20,495 nt of DNA. Source: an uncultured virus (IMG/VR IMGVR_UViG_2061766007_000740). Taxonomy: Duplodnaviria; Heunggongvirae; Uroviricota; Caudoviricetes. Shown in pieces: positions 7,176-15,200 of this stretch (the first letter of the stretch is position 1; every line of letters starts with the position of its first letter). The position numbers were made by a program, and so were the translations under genes. Under the pieces are notes generated by a model. That model saw only the letters and a list, made by a program, of their open reading frames with translations. It did no database searches and was not told the DNA's origin. The DNA lies in the IMG/VR virus record IMGVR_UViG_2061766007_000740; one strand, 5' to 3'.

Positions 7176-7459
7176 AGAAGTTCCCATTTCTTGGACAACC
7201 TCTAATGCTATTTGGAGGACTGATTACAATCCCGTTCTGGACCTATAATCATACTCCATCGGCGATGATAGAGGTAATGATGGCCGACCTTCCGAGAGTT
7301 GAGTATATCGACCCGGATAAGATCACGAAGGAAGACATCAAGGACGCCACCAAGAAGACGGAGGCTCTGCAGAAACGAGTCAAGGCACGTGGTCTTGGAG
7401 CCAACCTGGGCGCAAGGATTGACCCGAAGGCATATCTTGGCGCAAAGATGAAGAAGTAA
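7043..7459 (+). CDS. Frameshifted chaperone extension (gpGT-like; fusion 6660-7459 of 266 aa)
   Basis: The -1 frame is open from at least 6959 to 7459. Its distal part is protein-like (EKFPFLGQPL...IEVMMADLPRVEY) and ends just before a terminator. Confidence 0.65.
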   Translation, partial: KSGAAILSGYGILDDYGRYLDDDDEKRSRSIPSRTKLGKRAAAIEKFPFLGQPLMLFGGLITIPFWTYNHTPSAMIEVMMADLPRVEYIDPDKITKEDIKDATKKTEALQKRVKARGLGANLGARIDPKAYLGAKMKK

Positions 7460-7463
7460 AAGT

Positions 7464-7492
7464 AAAGGAGGCGAACAACCTCCTTTCTTTTT
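7464..7492. terminator. Probably bidirectional intrinsic terminator
   Basis: AAAGGAGG-CGAACAA-CCTCCTTT-CTTTTT between convergent genes, with an A-rich 5' flank. Confidence 0.8.
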
Positions 7493-7790
7493 ACTCTGTA
7501 ACAACTTCTACTGTTCCTTCGTGACCGGCATACTCAACCTTGTATTCTCCTTCGAACACATCCATGTTTCCTTCCAGAACTTTGAACGGCAGATAGACAA
7601 CACCAAGGCGCAGCATGATACGCTTCTCTGGCGCATAGAGCGTAATATGCGCACAGTCATCAGAATTTTTTTCAAAATTTTTTTCACGATAGATTTTTCC
7701 ACGTTCGCATGGAATTTCTTCCGCGTCAAAATGTACGTTCAAGAGGTCGTTAAAATCAACCTCGATTTTCACTAATCCTTGATTTTCCAT
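7491..7790 (-). CDS. Hypothetical acidic protein (moron-like)
   Basis: 99 aa ORF with its own promoter (7822-7852) and terminator. It fills the gap exactly. No family recognised. Confidence 0.7.
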   Translation of the reverse strand: MENQGLVKIEVDFNDLLNVHFDAEEIPCERGKIYREKNFEKNSDDCAHITLYAPEKRIMLRLGVVYLPFKVLEGNMDVFEGEYKVEYAGHEGTVEVVTE

Positions 7791-7821
7791 ATAGTTTCAG
7801 CATTTTTGATGAAATCGGCTG

Positions 7822-7852
7822 CAAAGTTACAACTTTTTTCTGACATATCAAA
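7822..7852 (-). promoter_or_regulatory. Leftward Bacteroidota-type promoter
   Basis: Minus strand TTTG (7852-7849), 19-nt spacer, TAACTTTG (7829-7822). Confidence 0.75.
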
Positions 7853-7895
7853 ATAATTCTTAAACAAAATCTTAATTATTTCGTTAATTGAACGG

Positions 7896-7914
7896 TGTAA
7901 ACCATAGGTTTACA
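7896..7914. promoter_or_regulatory. Palindromic operator candidate
   Basis: TGTAAACC-ATA-GGTTTACA has perfect 8-bp arms and abuts the -33 box of the terminase promoter. Confidence 0.5.
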
Positions 7915-7915
7915 A

Positions 7916-7948
7916 TTTGTTAGTATGGTTGAAAGGCAGTAATTTTGC
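7916..7948 (+). promoter_or_regulatory. Rightward promoter of the terminase-portal-tail tip operon
   Basis: TTTG (7916-7919), 20-nt spacer, TAATTTTG (7940-7947). Carries the shared late motif. Confidence 0.8.
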
Positions 7949-7968
7949 AGCGCAAAATTCACAATGCT

Positions 7969-8640
7969 ATGGCAAAAAGTAAAAAAATCAAGACAGAACC
8001 GACGGCAAAACAGATGAAGGAAATGCGGCTTCGAGCATCCACTCCGCTCAAGAAAGTGGACGATGCTTTGAGTGTAAACGACATCATCAAGGACGACGCT
8101 ATGCTCATCAAGGTTCACTATGTGTCAGACCTTATGGTGAAGCACATGTCGAACCAGGAGATAAGCATGGCCTTTGAGGAAAAGTTCGGAGAGCCGCTCC
8201 CATTGAGCAAGGTTACCCGGATGAAGCAATTGGTACGTGCCGTCTATATGGCTGAAATCTCGAAGAACAAGGATGAGATGGTGGCCGAGGAACTGATGCA
8301 TGCAGAATGGGAGTTGCGGCAGCTCCAGGAGTATTGGGAGAAATCCAAGAATCCTAAGAAGAAGCGCACTCACCATGATGCTAATAGTGATGGTACAGAA
8401 CTGACAACGTATGATCTGCATGAAGATACGGAGGAAACGATAGACCAGATTGGCGACTTGAACGCCATGAAGTACATCGGCAATGTGCGTGACCGTGTGA
8501 TCCGTCTGTTGGGTCTTGAGGCTCCGAAGCAGCCGAAGGAAGACGAAGGTAGCAAGAAGAAAGTAGGTTCTATCACTATCAACGTAGTAGGACAAACAAG
8601 AACAGTACCAACAGAAGATGTACAAGTAGTGGAAGAATAG
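7969..8640 (+). CDS. Putative terminase small subunit
   Basis: 223 aa from ATG 7969; the ORF-track start lies inside the promoter. HTH-like 'MSNQEISMAFEEKFG', helical core and 'RLLGLEAPK' motif. Ends 1 nt before terL. Confidence 0.7.
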   Translation: MAKSKKIKTEPTAKQMKEMRLRASTPLKKVDDALSVNDIIKDDAMLIKVHYVSDLMVKHMSNQEISMAFEEKFGEPLPLSKVTRMKQLVRAVYMAEISKNKDEMVAEELMHAEWELRQLQEYWEKSKNPKKKRTHHDANSDGTELTTYDLHEDTEETIDQIGDLNAMKYIGNVRDRVIRLLGLEAPKQPKEDEGSKKKVGSITINVVGQTRTVPTEDVQVVEE

Positions 8641-8641
8641 T

Positions 8642-9928
8642 ATGGATAACGGAGTACAGATAAACATACTGGCTAACATTTATAACAATATCAAGCGCGG
8701 CCTCGCACTTGGTAAGGACCTCATTATGGAGCAGGGTTCAGCTCGTAGTGGCAAGACCTTCAACACACTTGAGACCATCATTGTTGATGAATGTTTGGGC
8801 CATCCGATACGTACACGAGAGATTGTCGATCCTGTTACAATGAAGAAGATGAAGATACAGGAGCCGTTGAAGGTAAGTATAGTCCGTGAGTCTTTGCCTG
8901 TTATCAAGCGTTCTGTGTACGAGGACTTCCGGACAATAATGATGAACCTTGGCATCTGGAATGACCGCAACATGAACAAGACCGAGTACCGCTATACCTT
9001 CGATAACGGCGCTGTGGTAGAGTTCTTCTCTGCGGAAGACGAGCAGAAACTCCGTGGTCCATGGCGACATATCCTCTATGTGAACGAGGCGAACGAAATA
9101 TCCTTCTATGCGTTCTCGATGTTGCGTCAACGTACCTACGAGTACACGATAGTGGACTACAACCCGTCCTTCACCGAGGAGCATTGGCTGTTCCCGTTGA
9201 TGACAGATGAACGTAGTTACCATTTCATCTCTACGTACAAGGACAACATCTTCCTTCCGGAAGCAGCCGTGCGAGAGATTGAGTCGTACCAACATACAAA
9301 CCCGGCACTGTGGGAGATATTCGGTAAAGGACAGTTCGCTATTGTAGATGGTCTCGTCTTCCCGAAGGAGAACTGGGATATTGTTCCGGATGATGATTAT
9401 CCGAACTGGAAGGTTGAGGAAGTGTTAGGTATAGACTGGGGCTTTGTGAATGACCCGTCTGTGTTCGTAGGTGTGTGCATTCTTGGTAATGAAATCTATC
9501 TCAAGGAGTATTACCGTGCTCCTGGTATGAAGACGGAAGACATCTCGAAATTACTGAACATGGAGCGGTTCAAGAACATGGACAAGCATTGTGATATTGA
9601 TAACCGCCTCGTGACCGAGTTGGAGTCTGCCGGTGTCAATCTGCTCTACCCGACAAAAAAGAACGGTGATAGCATTATGACAGGTATTCGACTGATGAAC
9701 CAACGTAAGATACACATCACAGCAAGCAGTACAGACCTCATCAAGGAGTTCCGTAACTACGTCTATAAGAAGGACCGACATGATGAGTACCAGACCGATC
9801 TGGTGCCAATTGACAAGTTCAATCACGGCATAGATGCGGCACGTTACGCAGTACTGGCCAAGTTCGTGGATAGTTATATGGCCGAAGACAGGCCGTTGAC
9901 TAAACGCGATCTCAACATCTTTATGTAA
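8642..9928 (+). CDS. terL: Terminase large subunit, PBSX/SPP1-like
   Basis: Walker A EQGSARSGKT, Walker B LYVNEANE, motif III DYNP, nuclease motifs LGIDWG and NHGIDAARYA. Confidence 0.95.
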   Translation: MDNGVQINILANIYNNIKRGLALGKDLIMEQGSARSGKTFNTLETIIVDECLGHPIRTREIVDPVTMKKMKIQEPLKVSIVRESLPVIKRSVYEDFRTIMMNLGIWNDRNMNKTEYRYTFDNGAVVEFFSAEDEQKLRGPWRHILYVNEANEISFYAFSMLRQRTYEYTIVDYNPSFTEEHWLFPLMTDERSYHFISTYKDNIFLPEAAVREIESYQHTNPALWEIFGKGQFAIVDGLVFPKENWDIVPDDDYPNWKVEEVLGIDWGFVNDPSVFVGVCILGNEIYLKEYYRAPGMKTEDISKLLNMERFKNMDKHCDIDNRLVTELESAGVNLLYPTKKNGDSIMTGIRLMNQRKIHITASSTDLIKEFRNYVYKKDRHDEYQTDLVPIDKFNHGIDAARYAVLAKFVDSYMAEDRPLTKRDLNIFM

Positions 9929-9951
9929 ATCAAATCAAAAATCAAGGGAAT

Positions 9952-10269
9952 ATGACAACACGTGAAATCGTAAAGACTCTACGGAGCCGCAGTAGAGAGC
10001 CAAGACCTCATGCAATACTGATGGTGGCTATCTGCAAACTGAGAAACAGAGGTTATGAAACAAGGTACATCGCAATGGCATTTGGGGTACACCGGACACT
10101 TATCCCGTATATCGAGAGGAAGGTAAGTGACCTTACAGACACCAATGACGAGTACATACTCTATGCCAAAGAAGTACTGAGTACACATATACTTGATCTC
10201 TATCCGTACTTCGATAAGAAGACGAAGAAGATAAGAACGTATGCTAAAATTGACAATATAAAACTATAG
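9952..10269 (+). CDS. Small basic HTH protein, DnaA C-terminal-domain-like
   Basis: 105 aa. 'LRSRSR...AICKLRNRGY....IAMAFGVHRTLIPYIERKVSDL' follows the spacing of the DnaA domain IV HTH, in degenerate form. Confidence 0.5.
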   Translation: MTTREIVKTLRSRSREPRPHAILMVAICKLRNRGYETRYIAMAFGVHRTLIPYIERKVSDLTDTNDEYILYAKEVLSTHILDLYPYFDKKTKKIRTYAKIDNIKL

Positions 10270-10276
10270 CGCTATT

Positions 10277-11722
10277 ATGAAACAAGAAGTACAACAGGTT
10301 GCGTGTATCATTGAGCAGCAGCCTCGCCCCATAGAGGGCATTAAGGGCATTGTCGTAAGCAAGTTGCTTGCCGGTGAGGTAGATGATGCCATAAACCTGT
10401 TTGAGAACCGTTCTGCGATTGTTGAGCAGGCTATACGTGAGTATAACACCAAGACGCACACTATCATGGCGCGTCTGGACAAGGTGCGTAAGGACAAGTC
10501 TGATTACCGAACGTGGAAACTGCCTCGTAACTGGCAGCAGTACATTAACGAGATCGAACTGTACTTCCTATTGGCCAATGGTATCAAGTGGGAGTTACTT
10601 AACGACGACCAGGAAGACAACCAGGCTCTCAAGGATGCTTTTACCGCATTCAGCAAACTGCTCAAAAAGCTGCACTACGACTCCCGTACTCGTGAGTTCA
10701 AGCGTCTTGCCGGAGCAGAGACCGAGTGCGCCAAGTTGTATGCTTATTACAAGGACGAGGATGAAACAAAACTGCGTCTAGTAGTACTGTCACGGTCGAA
10801 AGGTTACAAACTGCGTCCTCTGTTCAATCTCTATGGCGACCTCAAGGCTTTTGCGGTAGGTTATGACCTCAAGGATGGTAACGGTAATCTGGTACACAGA
10901 TGGGATGTCTATACGTCCGAAACGATTTACCATTGCAAGCAGGATGAGGTTGGTACAGACAAGGTTGGATGGAATGTCGAGACTGAGGTAAATCCGTTTG
11001 GCAAGATACCTATCATCTATGCACGCCAAAAGAAGGCATGGGAAGGTGCAGAGGAACGTATAGAGCGAGATGAGTGGTTGGATTCCAAGAATGCCGACTG
11101 TAACGAGTACTTCGCAGACCCGATGCTCAAGATGTCGAAGTCGGTGAAGAACGGTCTGATGGACCCGAAGCAGGTTGGTAAGGTGATCCAAGTTGGAAAC
11201 AAGGATGATGTGTTTGAGTATGTTACTCCTCCGGACGCGAGTGATTTGAAGGATAAGGAGAAAAGTGTCCTGAAAGAGTCCATCCTCAACAGTACCATGA
11301 CACCTGACCTCTCGTATGAAAACGTCAAGGGTCTTGGTGCCATCTCCGGTGAGGCAATCACGAAAGCCAATATCATCGCCTACATCAAGCGTCTGAACAA
11401 TATGGAGATATACGATGAACTCTTTGAACGTGATGCAAGTCTTATCATCGAGATCATGGCATCGTCTATCGACCCGGAGAAACGCAAGATTTATCGCTCG
11501 ATGGAACTCAATCACGTTTACCAAGACCCGGCTATCGGTCAATCTGACAACTCCGAAGAGATTTCACGTTGGGCAGAGATCGGTATGTCTGATGAGGCTA
11601 TTGTAGATGCTAACCGCAACGTGTCTAACAAGCAGCTCGAATTGAAGCGCTTGCGTAAGAAACGTCAAGAAGAAGCCGAAGCGCAGAAGACAGTAACAAC
11701 TAACACAAATACCGAAGAATAG
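10277..11722 (+). CDS. Portal protein, SPP1 gp6-like
   Basis: 481 aa with 'NPFGKIPIIY', 'YFADP' and 'TPDLSYENVKGLGAISGEAI' motifs. Follows terL. Confidence 0.9.
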   Translation: MKQEVQQVACIIEQQPRPIEGIKGIVVSKLLAGEVDDAINLFENRSAIVEQAIREYNTKTHTIMARLDKVRKDKSDYRTWKLPRNWQQYINEIELYFLLANGIKWELLNDDQEDNQALKDAFTAFSKLLKKLHYDSRTREFKRLAGAETECAKLYAYYKDEDETKLRLVVLSRSKGYKLRPLFNLYGDLKAFAVGYDLKDGNGNLVHRWDVYTSETIYHCKQDEVGTDKVGWNVETEVNPFGKIPIIYARQKKAWEGAEERIERDEWLDSKNADCNEYFADPMLKMSKSVKNGLMDPKQVGKVIQVGNKDDVFEYVTPPDASDLKDKEKSVLKESILNSTMTPDLSYENVKGLGAISGEAITKANIIAYIKRLNNMEIYDELFERDASLIIEIMASSIDPEKRKIYRSMELNHVYQDPAIGQSDNSEEISRWAEIGMSDEAIVDANRNVSNKQLELKRLRKKRQEEAEAQKTVTTNTNTEE

Positions 11723-11733
11723 GAGGTATCGCT

Positions 11734-12276
11734 ATGGATAGTCAATATAGAATACCAAAAGACTATAAGCCTTTCCTGATAGCAGTCGGAGAAGATGGCT
11801 GCTACCGGGAGGATATGGTCTATGCAGCGCCGTTTGACACTTTGCGGTCTTACGGCTTGTATGTCAAGCACTCGCCGTACAAGGCCTTTCCGCAGATTAA
11901 GAACCTTGTATCGCAAGACTGGCCGGATGAGCATGGCGAGGATGTGTGGCTCCCGAAGACCGGCATCGTCAACAAAGCCTATGACATGGATGTAGAGTTC
12001 ATCTACTACTTTGATGACGGACTTGCTACCGAGACTATACGTCGGTTTTCCAATGACATAAAAGGCAAGTGGCTGCAGATATACGACACCTACACAGCCA
12101 TGGGTCGCAAGGGAGTGTATGTGTCAGAGTTCGATGCCGATCCTCCTTTCAAGCGCCGTAAGGTACAGACGTACACATTGCCTGGTGGAGCACCTGCTAT
12201 CCGTGATTATGTATCTTTCAAGGTGAAATTCCGTATTAACGACCCGAACACAGATGTAGTATTAACATTAGAATAA
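11734..12276 (+). CDS. Putative distal tail (Dit-like) protein
   Basis: 180 aa with 'DWPDEHGEDV' and C-terminal 'FKVKFRINDP', directly before the large tail-tip gene. Perfect AGGAGGT at 11721-11727. Confidence 0.55.
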   Translation: MDSQYRIPKDYKPFLIAVGEDGCYREDMVYAAPFDTLRSYGLYVKHSPYKAFPQIKNLVSQDWPDEHGEDVWLPKTGIVNKAYDMDVEFIYYFDDGLATETIRRFSNDIKGKWLQIYDTYTAMGRKGVYVSEFDADPPFKRRKVQTYTLPGGAPAIRDYVSFKVKFRINDPNTDVVLTLE

Positions 12277-12285
12277 TCGTAGAAC

Positions 12286-15200
12286 ATGAAAGTCTATCGT
12301 AATAACATATTCATTATTAACCATGTAAGTGAGTTACCTGTCAAGCAGATAGGTAACGCATGGTATAATCCGTCCGGGCACAAGGTTGCCTTGCATCCGC
12401 AGATCAACACGGTTATCCATACCGGTGCTGATTTCGAGGGCTACACCAACATCCGGACAGGTTTCAATATCCAAGCCAACTCGTACTACCGTTTCGACGG
12501 CACGAAGAAGGCCAGATCGAGAGCTGACCAGAATCTTTACGCCAAGTGGACGAACATATCTGCTGCACAAGCATCCGCTTTGGGCCGTATTGCCATCTTT
12601 AACATCATGGAAGGCACCTATACGGGTAAAGATATGGGTGAGAGGTCGATCGTGGCTACAATCGACTTTCCGTCGCGTATAGACTTTCAGATTGGCGACT
12701 ACGTGGAGTTCGAGATAGCCAACCTTGAACGCACCACGAGCATCCACGGCGGTTCCGGCATGGAGAAGTTCTATATCTACACCATGCCGACGGTCAAGAA
12801 GGTCGCAAGCCGTCTGTCTTTCGGCAAGGCTTTCCAGCATACCGTCACTTTCTATCCGTGCCAGTATGAGTTAGCAACGGTCAAAATGCGCGATGTGCTG
12901 CAAGATATTTCTTCCGGAGTGATATATACCGGCTATGATGAGTTCTCGTTCTACGGCGGCGCTAACACGCTAATGAAGCGTATCATGGCGGTTCTGGACG
13001 AGCGCTTCGGACATACCGGTGTGGCAGGTAAGGACTATTGGTCGTATCAGATAGCCGACAGCATCAACGAGGATCGCAACACGGCGCTTGAGAAGTTCCA
13101 GTTCGATTTCTCGGACAGCAACGTCATGGAGGCTTTGCTCAAACTGAACGATGCCGAGGGTATCAACACCAAGTTCTTCATCAACGAGCGTATGATCTAC
13201 GTAGGCTTCAAGCGTCCGTATATCGTCGGCGTGGATGAGCATAACCTCAAGCGTGACATCCCGTTTGAGTTCGCTTATGGCAAGACATCACATCTGCCTA
13301 TCGAAACCAACCACGGCAACCTCTATACCATCACCAAGTCGAACGGTAGCGCGTCGCCTATCACACGTCTCTACGCCTATGGTGCCGAGCGTAACCTGCA
13401 ACGCTTCTACTGTTCCGACCGTATCAAGACCGGCCGCTATGTGAATAAACTGATGCTGCCGTCCTTTGAGGATGACGGTCGCACGGACTATATCGACTCT
13501 CCGGAAGGCATTGCACGCTTCGGCATCCGGGAAGGCACGAAGACGTTTGACAATATCTATCCTTCCCTGCGCTTCTTCTACTACGGTAACTTGCGTGATG
13601 TCAAGTACTGCATCAAACTGATGGGTAGCGGTCTTCAATCGGACTCAAATGATCCCGAACATGTACCTGCCGATACGTATGGTATATATGATGGCGGTAC
13701 AACCATCACCAAGGCGAATGTAACGCCGGAACAGATTCAGCGTGCCAAGGAAGAGGTTGACCGAACGAAAGGTACTTCGCTTGAGAATGAAACGAGAGTA
13801 ACTATTACCATTGATGGTGTAAACTACTCTCTATCCGTAACAGAGGCAGATCAACTCATCAATAAGGGTTCTATACGCATAGGAGGGGTGAAAAGTTGTC
13901 GTTACCACTACCCCATCGCACGTATTCAGTGTTATAAGGTAGTTGATGCAAAGATTCCGAAAAGAGATGATCAAGGAAATATCATCTATGATAGCAATAA
14001 CAACCCTGTTACTGTTGGTCTGAATATGCTTGTTGAATCTGTACCTCCTGTTGACTTGGCGGTCTTCTGCCATGCTACCGGCAAGGTGGTCAAGTGTGTA
14101 CTGTATGGTTCCAGTTTGTCTGATCCTGAATTAGCAAAAGCAGAAGCATGTCAGAAGCAGTATGCAGCAGATGGAAAGATACCTACGACGGATGGTAATG
14201 CTCCGGCAGCTGATTGGTCCAACTGTTATACTGGAGCGTGCTTCGCCGTGCATGATGCTAACTTTGGATGCGGACATATTGACAAAGCGAATGAATATCC
14301 TGACAGACCGGACGGTAATCTGCGTATAGCATGGTTCCAAGACGCTGAAACTATTAGTACGAGCAAAGACGGTTCGTTCTACAAGCCGTATGACGAGTAC
14401 AAGAACCAAGTGTCTATCCACCAGATTCACTACACCGATGACCATTGGATCACCGATGTATATGAGTTCACGGACTACCACCAAGAGACCTTCAACCGTC
14501 AAGGCTACTCGGCATATTGCTGGCCGCGTGTCAACAAGTACTATCCGAATAGCCAAGCGGACAATATCGAGGTTAATGCTGTGGTAGATGTAGGTCCGGT
14601 GCTCATAGAGGATACCGACCTCAACACGTCGATGGGTCAGCAGCAACAGACCTTCGACATTTACATGCGAGACATGGGCTTTAAGATCAACGACCAGACA
14701 TGGTTCGGTGATAAGTGCTTCCTATTCGACACCTGCAAGATCAGTTTCCTGGACGGCAACCTCGGCGGTTATGAGTTCGAGATGCCTGCGGAGAGCGACC
14801 AAGACAAACTTGGTTCTATCTACGTACCGGCATTGGCACCGGACGGAACACGCAATCCGGAGTTCTTCGATCTCGCAGACAACCCTGCACAAGCAGAGCA
14901 AGCCTATCTGAACGGTGCTTTCTGGCGTATCGTAGCCAAGCGTGCCGAGACAGAGGTAGATCGCTACTGGGTGCCGAACGTCAATCTCAACGCGAGTGCC
15001 GGTGACCATGTGGTGTTCCTCGACATCTTCATGCCGGACCTCTATATCCGTGTAGCCGAGCAACGCTTGTACAAAGAGGCGAAGAAATACCTCGATGCCA
15101 ATGATGATGGCGACATACAGTACAGCTTCGACTTCGACAAGGTGCGTATGCTCAAGCAGCCGACGTTCCCGCTCCAGATGCGAGAAGGTGCTATCATGCG

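Noticed and set aside
7660..7700. Two A7 runs (minus strand) in the 99-aa moron as a phase-variation or frameshift site
   Set aside because: The runs are short for an AT-rich gene, the ORF is intact, and the alternative frame (7508-7729) is not protein-like.
8642..9928. Intron or intein in terL
   Set aside because: The gene is uninterrupted and of normal size (428 aa). Only a short insert follows the Walker A region, and it has no splicing motifs.
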